Positions 16,807 through 26,351 of a stretch of 64,000 bases of DNA are shown one piece after another. The DNA lies in NCBI GenBank assembly GCA_037447435.1, contig JBBIGR010000012.1:32001-96000 (forward strand). Direction: 5' to 3'. The notes under the pieces are model-generated. The model made no database searches, had not been told where the DNA came from, and saw nothing but the letters and a program-made list of their open reading frames with translations. The DNA is from Fibrobacteria bacterium (GTDB lineage Bacteria > Fibrobacterota > Chitinivibrionia > Chitinivibrionales > FEN-1185). Position numbers and translations under genes: made by a program. How positions within the stretch are numbered: position 1 is the first letter of the stretch; each line of letters opens with the position of its first letter.

Positions 16807-19602
16807 TTATTGAAGCCGGAAAATCCGTTTAATACTTGTCGAACCGTTTACCGATGCACGTATGAAATAAATGCCGTTTCCTGCTGCATCCCGGCTTAAT
16901 TGCAGCTGATGCCACCCTTGTTTTTGAATAGAAGGGACTACTTTATTCAGAACTCTGCCGGCTGCATTGAGAATTTCAAACGACACATTTGCAGTACTGC
17001 TGATATAATAATGCACCGTTCCGCTTTGGGTTTCTATTTTCAATACCGGAATTGCCATTTGCGACATCGTGGGCGCGGAAGGCCATTGCACCGCGGTAGG
17101 CGGAAGACCAACAACGGGAAAACTTACCGTTCCATCGCCGAGTCCGGGAGACTTAGCGGTAACCGTCACCGTCCCCGAAGTAAATGTTGTGCGGACTGCG
17201 ACTTTGCACATACCGCCTTCTATGGCCAGTTCGGGATCAAGGGGTGAATGATAAGTCAATGGTTTTCCAGGTGTGACCAATTGATCGGTGCCGCCCCTGT
17301 AATTCCCCGGTCCGGAAACGCTCCAAGTTATGTTGCCGCCGGCTGTCGGACACCAATTATTGTTTTTGTCAACAATTGTCGCGAGAATGAGGGCCGCATC
17401 GGTCCCGTTTGCCTTAAAAGTGAATGCTTCCCCACCGGGTTTTACAATATGATCATCTACTTTCAATGCGATATGGTCCGGCGCTTGGGCTGTCACTTTT
17501 TGGTCGGAACAAACGACGTTGCCGCTTGCGTCGAGGCCTTCTGCCTTTAATGTACCGGAGGCCCATGTGACGTCCCAGTAGCATTGATAAGGCATATCCG
17601 TGGATGTCTGGCTCATTCCATCGGTGGCCGTGTTCCACACATTCGGAACTTTTTCACTCACCGTTGTTCCATTGATGGAAAGTCGCACTTTGGGGCAATT
17701 GCTGAACACATTAACACGAACATTTCCCGACCTGTTCCAGTGATGGGCAATAGAAACCCTCGGTTTAATTGAAAACGGTGTCCAGGCTGCGCCGTAGATA
17801 TAATATAAGAATTTTGGAATACGGTTAAAATCCATCATAGAGCATCCAAAGGACCTGCATAATTCCCCTGCGGTGCCGTCGACCAAATCATGGTTTTCTC
17901 CCGGAGTTTCGGCCAAATACCATTGGGCGATGCCGAAACAATTTGCCTTTTTGGCACTTTTCCATTTCTGGAGGAATTCGCCTGCAAATTGAAGTTCGTA
18001 GTCATATGCATATCGCGTAGATGCGCCGCCCCAATACTCCGCACCCCATGCGGGATTGTTGGGATAGGTGCTCTTAACAAGATTCTCGCAACCGCTCAAA
18101 GTACAAGAGAGAATGTCTCCATTCGCCGGGTTTGGCGTTCTATCCGCTTGGACCCTTGTATGTATAGAGTCCCACTTAGCTGATATCGCTTTTAGCGACT
18201 GGGCAAACGGCGTTGCAATTGCCCCATTGCTCGCTTCCCAAGAAAGAATGGAAGGATCGTTTCGATCGCGAATGATCATGTCCCTGTGCAATTCACTCTT
18301 TAGAATGCCACGCGGATCGGTTGCTACCGTGGCGCTAAAAGCACCCTCACCCTCGCCGCTGGGCTGTATAAGCATTATACCGTAATTATCGCACGCATCA
18401 ACAAATCCCTTGCTGCAGGAGGAGTGCCCGGGTCTCCATAAATTTCCCCCGATGTCGGCAAGCAGTTTTGCGTCCCGCCATTCCACTTCAGGAGGCAGTG
18501 CCGTACCCAATGCCGGATAATCGTATCGGGCGGATGCGCCGTATAAATAATGCGGATGTCCATTGAAACTGGGCAAATCCTTGTCCCAGGTTATGGTTCG
18601 TATCCCCAAGGGACTCTCAAAAACATCCAGGGTGACTCCGCCGACCTTTACAATATGGTATACTTTGTACATGTACGGCTTTCCGAACGTGCTGTTATTC
18701 GGATACCACAAGGTGGGGTTGGAAACAGTTCCGGTTTGACTGAACACATAACTTTGACCGGCAGCGATAGACTGGGTGTTATCAACACTCGAAACGACGG
18801 TGTTACCATTGCGAACGTCGACAATTTTAGAAGTAAGAGTAACATTCTGGGCCGTTGCGCTTTCATTTTGCACATTCGTTTGTATATTTATCGTGGCAGA
18901 TGCAGTCGTAGCGCTTACTGTCGCGACATAGGTTCCCCAATTATTCACAACAGAATACACGTTGAGCGGAACATGAACTTTGTCGGTGATATGCATCCAT
19001 ACCGGCCGAAACAATCCACCGTCACCCTGGCCGAACCGGAATACCAGTGAAAAACCGGGATCGGTGAAATAATTCCCATCTCCTTTGATCAGTCGCAATG
19101 CAAAAACATTGTCTGCGCCTCCAAAACGTACATATGGGGTGATATCAACAACAAATCCAATGAATCCGATGACATGCGTCATTTTCGGGTTAATTGCGCT
19201 ATTACCTTTTAGCAACGTATCGTTGATATATGCCTGGACGCCGACGTGAGCGCCCTCGATTTCGATGAATATTTTCCTTCCGGCATATTGATTGTCAAGA
19301 GTGAAATGCTTCCGGTACCAGCATGTTCCGCCGAACATGGACCCGTCGCCGCCTCCCGCATTTTGGTTGATGAACGTATCGGTATCGTTATACGTATGGG
19401 GAATGCCGACGTCTTTCCATGCGGCATCGTTAAAGGTGAGGCTTTGGGCATTTGAAGGATCGGACTTTGTAAATTTCCAGGGAGTCTCACCAAGATTGAT
19501 TTTAATCCGGTTGCTCGCCTCCGGCGTATACGTTTCCGCCTGTGAGAATCCTATTCCCGTTATCAGGAAGATTGTTGCTGCAACCATGATTTTTTTAAGC
19601 AT
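16807..19602 (-). CDS. Secreted glycoside hydrolase family 2-like protein with DUF4982-like/Ig domains and T9SS-like CTD
   Basis: WKDVGIPHTYN, WYRKHF, GGLFRPVW, LGIRTI, IIRDRNDPSILSW, HHWN..VNVFSNC; signal peptide from ATG 19602. Confidence 0.85.
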   Translation of the reverse strand: MLKKIMVAATIFLITGIGFSQAETYTPEASNRIKINLGETPWKFTKSDPSNAQSLTFNDAAWKDVGIPHTYNDTDTFINQNAGGGDGSMFGGTCWYRKHFTLDNQYAGRKIFIEIEGAHVGVQAYINDTLLKGNSAINPKMTHVIGFIGFVVDITPYVRFGGADNVFALRLIKGDGNYFTDPGFSLVFRFGQGDGGLFRPVWMHITDKVHVPLNVYSVVNNWGTYVATVSATTASATINIQTNVQNESATAQNVTLTSKIVDVRNGNTVVSSVDNTQSIAAGQSYVFSQTGTVSNPTLWYPNNSTFGKPYMYKVYHIVKVGGVTLDVFESPLGIRTITWDKDLPSFNGHPHYLYGASARYDYPALGTALPPEVEWRDAKLLADIGGNLWRPGHSSCSKGFVDACDNYGIMLIQPSGEGEGAFSATVATDPRGILKSELHRDMIIRDRNDPSILSWEASNGAIATPFAQSLKAISAKWDSIHTRVQADRTPNPANGDILSCTLSGCENLVKSTYPNNPAWGAEYWGGASTRYAYDYELQFAGEFLQKWKSAKKANCFGIAQWYLAETPGENHDLVDGTAGELCRSFGCSMMDFNRIPKFLYYIYGAAWTPFSIKPRVSIAHHWNRSGNVRVNVFSNCPKVRLSINGTTVSEKVPNVWNTATDGMSQTSTDMPYQCYWDVTWASGTLKAEGLDASGNVVCSDQKVTAQAPDHIALKVDDHIVKPGGEAFTFKANGTDAALILATIVDKNNNWCPTAGGNITWSVSGPGNYRGGTDQLVTPGKPLTYHSPLDPELAIEGGMCKVAVRTTFTSGTVTVTAKSPGLGDGTVSFPVVGLPPTAVQWPSAPTMSQMAIPVLKIETQSGTVHYYISSTANVSFEILNAAGRVLNKVVPSIQKQGWHQLQLSRDAAGNGIYFIRASVNGSTSIKRIFRLQ

Positions 19603-19631
19603 ATCAAATCCTTTGTTGTAATAATTCTGCA

Positions 19632-21272
19632 TTAATGCAAATTCCAAGGGACCTTCTGGGAAACCGCTTGCACCGGAGAATCGTCCTGGTATTGTACCGT
19701 GAGCGTATCGTTATCCTGAACGGCAATATTATTGGCGCCGGAAACTGCCGTGGAAAAGCCCACCGACCCGCTGAAATACCGTATCGACCCTGCAACCGCT
19801 TTCAATGTGTCTTTTATCCCTACGGGATTCACTTTACTTTTGACCGTAACGATTGCGGTGCTGTCCGTGATGTCATCATCGATTAATTTTATCGACATTT
19901 TACTTGCCACGCCATGATATGCGGTCGAATCCATGGTTATTGCCGCAAGATATGGCTCCCAGACGCAGGTACTGCCGATAATATCTTTCGCCGGCGTCAG
20001 ATCGTGGTATTTAATGAGTATATTGTCATTTGTTGTTCCCATAACCGCAAGAACACTATCGCCTTGCGAGGCTTTTAAGGAAAAACGAATCTGGCCTGTA
20101 TAGCTGCCGAAAGATCCTACTACCTGTCGCAACTTGGTGATTATGCCGACGTTGTCTTTGTCGCTTGCGACAGTGACCGTTACAAATGAGTCCGCGACAT
20201 CGGCATCCCACAAATTAACGGTCATTTTTTTCAAAACCCCTTTATACGGAGATAATCCGGGCTGAACATTGCCCGGTGTTCCGCTCCAGGATACCTCGGT
20301 AGAATCGAGTTGGAGCGGAGTTGCGTCGGAATAATAAGCCGAAACTACATCTCCATCAAGTACCTTGATGAGGTGCTTGACGGAATCTGATTTGACAATA
20401 GACAAAAAGACGGTGTCCGAATATGTTCCTGCCGATGACGTAACTTTCCGTAGCGGCATCGTAAATCCTTTGCCGTCCGAAGTGCTCTTTACCTTAATCA
20501 ACACCGTCGCTGCGACAAGATCCGAATCGGTAACCGTCACGACAATCGGGTTCTGGCACCCCTGATAAGACCCGTTTTCGAAAGAAATACTTCCCTCACT
20601 TCCCGCTTTGGCAGTGAGAAGAAAGTTATTGGTACCAACATAAGCGGTGATCGCTTTCCTGACGGTTGCGTACCCCAGGGCCGACACCATCAACGTATCG
20701 TTGATCGCCACAGCCTTTATCAATCCGCTTCCAAAACGATTATTCTTCTCGTTTCCAACGAAATCAATTGCGGATTCGGACGCGTTTTTTGCATAGGGGA
20801 TTCTCAAAGTATATGTTTTTTCGGAAATTTGAACCTTGGCAAAATACAGTTGACCTGCAAGCGGTTCCTTAAAGGGATTGACTTGATAAGTTCCTTTTGA
20901 AAGTCTGGTATTGACAATAGACGAAATGTGTTTTCCGCACAAATCAAAAAGGTCAATTTGCACGGGTTCTTCGCTTTTTGAAATACCGAAGAATATTCTA
21001 CTTTGGTGTGAATAGGGTGTTTTAAACTGAACGGCGTTTATGGATCTCAAAAATTTTACTTGGGACCCACTGAGCGAATAGTTACCATTCGCGTCGGTTT
21101 TTGCAGAAATAAGGGGTTCCGCTATAAGACTCACCGTTGCGTTGGCAATTCCTATTTGTGTAGAATTGTCCTTTACGGTTCCGGTCAGGTTAACCGCTTG
21201 AGCGTTTATCGAAAATGCCGATAACCCCGCGAACAGAATTGTGTTCGCAACAAAGATGCGATATTTTTTCAT
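19632..21272 (-). CDS. Secreted protein: carboxypeptidase-regulatory-like/CTD-like N-half plus three ~100-aa Ig-like repeats
   Basis: Signal peptide; VNLTGTVKD; repeats V.D.D....V.V.S..D..G....L....G.Y.G...D.....Y.D..P...W x3. Confidence 0.7.
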   Translation of the reverse strand: MKKYRIFVANTILFAGLSAFSINAQAVNLTGTVKDNSTQIGIANATVSLIAEPLISAKTDANGNYSLSGSQVKFLRSINAVQFKTPYSHQSRIFFGISKSEEPVQIDLFDLCGKHISSIVNTRLSKGTYQVNPFKEPLAGQLYFAKVQISEKTYTLRIPYAKNASESAIDFVGNEKNNRFGSGLIKAVAINDTLMVSALGYATVRKAITAYVGTNNFLLTAKAGSEGSISFENGSYQGCQNPIVVTVTDSDLVAATVLIKVKSTSDGKGFTMPLRKVTSSAGTYSDTVFLSIVKSDSVKHLIKVLDGDVVSAYYSDATPLQLDSTEVSWSGTPGNVQPGLSPYKGVLKKMTVNLWDADVADSFVTVTVASDKDNVGIITKLRQVVGSFGSYTGQIRFSLKASQGDSVLAVMGTTNDNILIKYHDLTPAKDIIGSTCVWEPYLAAITMDSTAYHGVASKMSIKLIDDDITDSTAIVTVKSKVNPVGIKDTLKAVAGSIRYFSGSVGFSTAVSGANNIAVQDNDTLTVQYQDDSPVQAVSQKVPWNLH

Positions 21273-21532
21273 GTTTTGCCTCTGCTAAAAGTATACAACT
21301 TTAATCTTTGCTTTTCATCGTCTTTTTTTAGCAACTAGAAATATAACCGGAAAAAATTTCTTTTGCACGCAATATTTTCTAAAAAAACAATGTATATAGA
21401 TATATTTAATATAAGATGTTGAATTATAATATATAAAATTGATTTAAATATACATTTATTATGTTAATTTAGTTGAGGCGCTTATGGGTATTCCAAATCA
21501 CAACACATGACTTCTCTGGAAACCTCTAAATA

Positions 21533-21565
21533 AAAGAGGAGGCACTTTATAGACACCTCCTCTTT
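21533..21565 (-). terminator. Terminator after the 1289-aa gene
   Basis: AAAGAGGAGG-N13-CCTCCTCTTT. Confidence 0.7.
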
Positions 21566-21600
21566 GCGATAATGATTAATTGATGCTTGATTACATTGTC

Positions 21601-24600
21601 CTATTGGGGTAATAAGGATTTATACGCCGTATAGCTGTTTCCCACCATAAAAATAGATGTGCTGTTTACCGCGAGGCCCGATACATATGAACCACTCGGG
21701 AGACCGGTATTTACAGCTCCCCAGTTTTCTCCATTATTTGTGGATAAGTAAACACCATTACCTGAAGTTCCTGCAAAAAGATAGGTTCCGCTCACAGCAA
21801 GGCTTGAAATAGCCACGCCGCTAGGCAAACCAGTGTTAACGGCGCTCCAAGTTCCTGAATTATTATCGAGTTTGACAACACCGCCAGCAGTTCCGGCAAA
21901 AAGTGTATTCTGGCAAATTGCAAGAGCACTAACAGACGTACTGGGAAATCCGGAAACATTATTCCAATAAATGCCGGAAGGAGTCGTATAGGATAAGCCG
22001 CTATTTGTTCCTGCATACACATAGCTTCCGTTCCCAATGAGCGCCTGTACGTTAGAAATACTTCTGCCGTCGGTTGACCAACTTGCACCATTATTAGTTG
22101 AAACTAAAACCCCTGCATCTGTACCGGCATAAAGAGTGGAAGTACCTACAAGAGCAAACGCATGTACATCGGAACCGGGAGTGTTTGTAGTCCAGGTGGA
22201 TCCATTATTAGTGGAAGAGTAAATGCTGGGTCCTAAACTCGCTTGTCCAGTACCATACAATGAAACGCCTCCGCATTGCGCAACACAGTAGCCATATTCG
22301 GCAAAGCCGGGGCCGGATGACCAAGTTTTCCCATTATCGGGCGATATTTGCAAACCATTTTTTTGAACTCCTAACAAAATGGTATTACCGTTTGTTGCAA
22401 CCGAAAAGAAGTGATTTGTTGCACTACCGGCATCCAATATTACAGACCATGAACATGCTAAAGCGGCAAAATTAGCAGTCACCGTAGCATTACCTGAAGT
22501 CAATGATATGGTGGTTGAGGCACTGGTACTACTTGCGATTGTTCCTGAACCCGTAGTTACAACCCAATTTACAAATTTATAGCCGCCGGCAGCAGTCGCT
22601 GTTATCGTGGTGTTCACACCGTAATTCACTGGAGTGGAAGAAGAAGGCGACACCGTTCCGCCACCATTCGGACTGACGGCTGTTGAGAGCATATAGGTAA
22701 TTTGCGAAAATGTCACGCTTATCGAATGATTTGCAGTTACATTGTTGAACGTATAGCTCGGTGCAGCAGCCTGCGACACGCCGTCTATTAAAAGATTAGC
22801 AACCGCAAACCCGGTATTTGGCGTAATGGTATAACTTTGCGATCCATTGTAGGGAACGCTTTTGGAACCTGCAGGCGAAATCGAGCCGTTTGCCCCGGCA
22901 CTAGCATTAATAGTAAAGAAAATCCCCGTAAAATTAGCGGTCACCGATGCATTGCCCGTTATCAAGGTCACCGTTGTCGAGGCATTATTGGCATTGGCAA
23001 TGGTCGCCGTTCCATTGGGTACGGTCCAATTGACAAAAGTATATCCGGCATTCGGAACGGCATTTATCGTCGTAGCCTGTCCGTAATTGACGGTAGCGGG
23101 TGAGACAGACGGCACGGTTATTGTCCCGCCAGTTTGCGCAGAAACAGTCAGTTGAAACGATTTTAACGAAAAATTTGCCGTGTCATTTTTCGAATTATTC
23201 ATGACTATTGAAATAGAATCGGAAGTGCCGGCCGTATCGCCGCTCCACGTTACGAATTGATATCCGGTATTCGGGACAGCCTTAAGCCCAACAACTGTGC
23301 CTGAATCATATAGTGCTGCGTTCGGTGTTTTTGTAACTGTTCCGTTAACGCTCGCCATGTTCAGCATAAATTGTTGTTTGGTGCTGAATTTCCGCGATGC
23401 GGACCAATCGCCTTTTCCTGAACTATTTCGTGCACTTACCCGCCAGAAATATGTTGTCCCATTCGAAAGACCCGCAAAAGTTTTTGATGTATCATTCAAG
23501 GTTGAGTCCTGCAAAACAATCGTTCCAAAAGTACTGCTGGTTGATACTTGTACGTGATAGGTGTTTGCATACGCAACAGAGTTCCATCGTAGGGTCGTCC
23601 CTGGGGACTGGGCCGCAGCCCCATCGGCCGGCGACAAAAGAGTCGGCGCCGAAGGAACAGGCAAATTGCTGCCCACCAAGACCGTCACTGTTATTAAGAC
23701 GGAATCTGTTTTGTCTTTTGCTTTCAGGATAACCTGATACGTCCCCGAATCCCCAACATTCGATGTCCAATTTAGAGAATCGTTTTTCAAAATTGCCGTT
23801 GTAGGACGTTTGAGCGTTGTACTGGAAATGGAAATGACAGGAGTATCCCCGTCAGGGTCACTTGCTTTTACCGGAAATGACAGCACTGCGTTTCCCGAAA
23901 CATCGTACGTTGCTTTAGGCATGTTTGCGATGAATGCCGGGGGTCTGTTGACGTTCGTGATATGCAATAAGATTGTTAGCACGCTTGGCGAACCAATCCC
24001 GTCTGAAGCCTGGATTTTGATAACCTTCTCACCCGAATCCGAATAGGTCGCCGTATCTTTCCAAGTAGAAAAAACCAAGGAATTCTTTAGCGGATCACCG
24101 GTGACCATTTGATAGGTTATTTTATCGCCATTCGCATCGGTTATGGAATCGGCAAGATTCAGAGAAATTGAGGAATTTTCCGGAATTTCAATTCGTATAG
24201 TATCATGCACCCATTTTGGGGGAACATTGATTGTTGTTGACAAGATGCGCAAAGATGACTTCGACACACCTTGAGAATTCGAAGCAACTATATAATAGTA
24301 AAAAGCCGTATCATTGATGAGATTCGAAATTGTCGTATCGGAGATTGTTTTGAAAAGCGAAAAACTTAATGTGTCCCGTCCTCGGTAAATTTTATAGAGA
24401 TCCGCATTTTTGGATTTATTCCAACTAAACACAAAAATTCCGTTGTTTCGGGAAATGGCTTTTAATCCCGTAATACTGTCGGGCAAGGGGATCGACGCCG
24501 ACATGGTAAATTGCACCGTCTGCGTATCTGCCAATTGCGGAGTGCCGTTATCTACAACCGCAAAAACAACGGAATCCGTTCCACTAAAAGCCGCCGCGGG

Positions 24601-25470
24601 TTTAAACACAAAGATATTGTTGACGAAGGAATATCCCGCGGGTGCCTTTACGACTGAAACGGTGTCGGATGCGCCAGAATCCGGATCGGTAACTGATACC
24701 GAAAGGGTACAGATTTCTCCTATCACATAACTTTTTCTTCCGGTTATCGTGAGCTGTGGCTTTGTATTGATTTTAACTATGGATTTAGGAATAACCGCAA
24801 GGTGTGCCGAATTGGAAACGGCAGTATCTCCATATTGGTCTGCCGTGCGGCACGAATACAAACCGGAATCAGATGCGGTAAGGCCGGCAATTGTCAAGGT
24901 TGGCCCGGTTTTCCCGGGCAAAATTGTTTGATTGCGAAACCATTGATATGTCAGGTTCGTGTCCCCTTGCACTAAGGCAATAAAGGTAGAGGCATCCCCT
25001 TCTTTTTCGGTATCCGTAACCGGCTTGACGACTGCTGCCAGTGTTTTGCCCACGATGGTAATTATTCCATTGTAATCCCGGGTATTTCCGCCTTGAAAAT
25101 AGGCACGGGCAATAACGTTATGTATACCCTTCGTTTTTATGGAAAATGTTACCCATTGAGTATCTTCATCTGATTTAAAATTATGGCCTTTAAAACTTAC
25201 GTCCGGATTTCCTGCGTCTTTGGCAACCGTTACGGTAATCGAATCCACAAAATTATACAAATACGGGCAAACTCCTATTGTGATAGGTTTCCCAACCGTA
25301 TCTGTTATTTCATTGGATGAACTGATGTGCTGATTGGAATCGATAATTATAAGCGATGCCTTGGCATTTTCAGGTAGAGTAAACGGATTTTCAATATTGG
25401 CAGTACATAAAAATAAAAATGGCATCGCAATACCAAGGAACCACCAAATAAATACTGGTTTTTTATTCAT
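21601..25470 (-). CDS. Large surface lipoprotein: Ig, cadherin-like, FN3 and InlB-B-type repeats, C-terminal Asp-box beta-propeller
   Basis: FLFLC lipobox; LTYQWFRN...DSGLYSC; SDPDGD; LSNGTTYFWRV; PNTGYQFVTWSGD repeats; SPDNGKTW/STNNGSTW/STNNGASW/STNNGENW. Confidence 0.8.
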   Translation of the reverse strand: MNKKPVFIWWFLGIAMPFLFLCTANIENPFTLPENAKASLIIIDSNQHISSSNEITDTVGKPITIGVCPYLYNFVDSITVTVAKDAGNPDVSFKGHNFKSDEDTQWVTFSIKTKGIHNVIARAYFQGGNTRDYNGIITIVGKTLAAVVKPVTDTEKEGDASTFIALVQGDTNLTYQWFRNQTILPGKTGPTLTIAGLTASDSGLYSCRTADQYGDTAVSNSAHLAVIPKSIVKINTKPQLTITGRKSYVIGEICTLSVSVTDPDSGASDTVSVVKAPAGYSFVNNIFVFKPAAAFSGTDSVVFAVVDNGTPQLADTQTVQFTMSASIPLPDSITGLKAISRNNGIFVFSWNKSKNADLYKIYRGRDTLSFSLFKTISDTTISNLINDTAFYYYIVASNSQGVSKSSLRILSTTINVPPKWVHDTIRIEIPENSSISLNLADSITDANGDKITYQMVTGDPLKNSLVFSTWKDTATYSDSGEKVIKIQASDGIGSPSVLTILLHITNVNRPPAFIANMPKATYDVSGNAVLSFPVKASDPDGDTPVISISSTTLKRPTTAILKNDSLNWTSNVGDSGTYQVILKAKDKTDSVLITVTVLVGSNLPVPSAPTLLSPADGAAAQSPGTTLRWNSVAYANTYHVQVSTSSTFGTIVLQDSTLNDTSKTFAGLSNGTTYFWRVSARNSSGKGDWSASRKFSTKQQFMLNMASVNGTVTKTPNAALYDSGTVVGLKAVPNTGYQFVTWSGDTAGTSDSISIVMNNSKNDTANFSLKSFQLTVSAQTGGTITVPSVSPATVNYGQATTINAVPNAGYTFVNWTVPNGTATIANANNASTTVTLITGNASVTANFTGIFFTINASAGANGSISPAGSKSVPYNGSQSYTITPNTGFAVANLLIDGVSQAAAPSYTFNNVTANHSISVTFSQITYMLSTAVSPNGGGTVSPSSSTPVNYGVNTTITATAAGGYKFVNWVVTTGSGTIASSTSASTTISLTSGNATVTANFAALACSWSVILDAGSATNHFFSVATNGNTILLGVQKNGLQISPDNGKTWSSGPGFAEYGYCVAQCGGVSLYGTGQASLGPSIYSSTNNGSTWTTNTPGSDVHAFALVGTSTLYAGTDAGVLVSTNNGASWSTDGRSISNVQALIGNGSYVYAGTNSGLSYTTPSGIYWNNVSGFPSTSVSALAICQNTLFAGTAGGVVKLDNNSGTWSAVNTGLPSGVAISSLAVSGTYLFAGTSGNGVYLSTNNGENWGAVNTGLPSGSYVSGLAVNSTSIFMVGNSYTAYKSLLPQ

Positions 25471-25841
25471 ATAATTCCCCTTCGAATAGTATGTTTCGAC
25501 AATTGATTTTTTTAAATTTGCACGAATAACTTGGCATGAAGCCGAAGCAGGTCCTCTTGGCGCAAATTTTAATTATCTGCGGCCAATCGTAATGCTAGAA
25601 TCTGTTTAATTAGCAACACCTTATAAAGAACAATATATAATCCGGTATTAATGCGGAAAACATATAGATGGTGAAAAACAAAAAATCAAAAGGAAGGAAA
25701 AACGAAAAATGGAAGAAAAAGGATCAATGCATTTTCGTCCAACGTATTGATTATGCAAAATCCCAAAGCCGGTAACTTACTGGGACTGTTTTCTAATCCT
25801 AAACCTGACTTTAATTCATTGATAGATGTAAAATTTAGATG

Positions 25842-26114
25842 TTATATGCCCATATTATTCAGGGTGCTGACGACAGTCCGAATCATGGCTGCCAGCGCGG
25901 GATGAGTAGCGTTAAAATGCCGGGCCGATTCCGCAAGGCGCTCTTTTACTGTTGAATGTTGTTCGGACGGATTCTCGCTTTTATGGGCAAGCAAAAATTG
26001 GACATCGCTTTGTATTTTTTCAAGAAGTATTGTTGATTCCTTGTCAACAGATTCGATTGTTGCAAGTTCCTGATGGAGATTCTTCAGATGTTCTTTTAGG
26101 TCGTTGTTGCTCAT
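25842..26114 (-). CDS. DUF4404-like small helical protein
   Basis: LKEHLKNLHQEL...RHFNATHPALAAMIRTVVSTLNNMGI. Confidence 0.75.
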   Translation of the reverse strand: MSNNDLKEHLKNLHQELATIESVDKESTILLEKIQSDVQFLLAHKSENPSEQHSTVKERLAESARHFNATHPALAAMIRTVVSTLNNMGI

Positions 26115-26272
26115 ATAATTCCCTTTTTGTTATGATACGTATTTTGTTTTAATTAAAGATAAGGCATTCCGTATCATAAGATAATATACCGGTTGTATGA
26201 TGACTATAATCTTATTTTCCCATCAAATAGCGCCTATTGGAATTATTTTGGTTTCGACTTGCGCCTACTAAT

Positions 26273-26304
26273 AAAGATCCCCGCAGCAAGCTGAGGGGAT
26301 CTTT
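26273..26304. repeat. Hairpin (terminator or IS200/IS605-like end remnant)
   Basis: AAAGATCCCCGCAGCAAGCTGAGGGGATCTTT. Confidence 0.5.
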
Positions 26305-26351
26305 CAATCCTTGTTTCACCCTAAAAAAAACTTTTGCCTTTCTGCATACAT

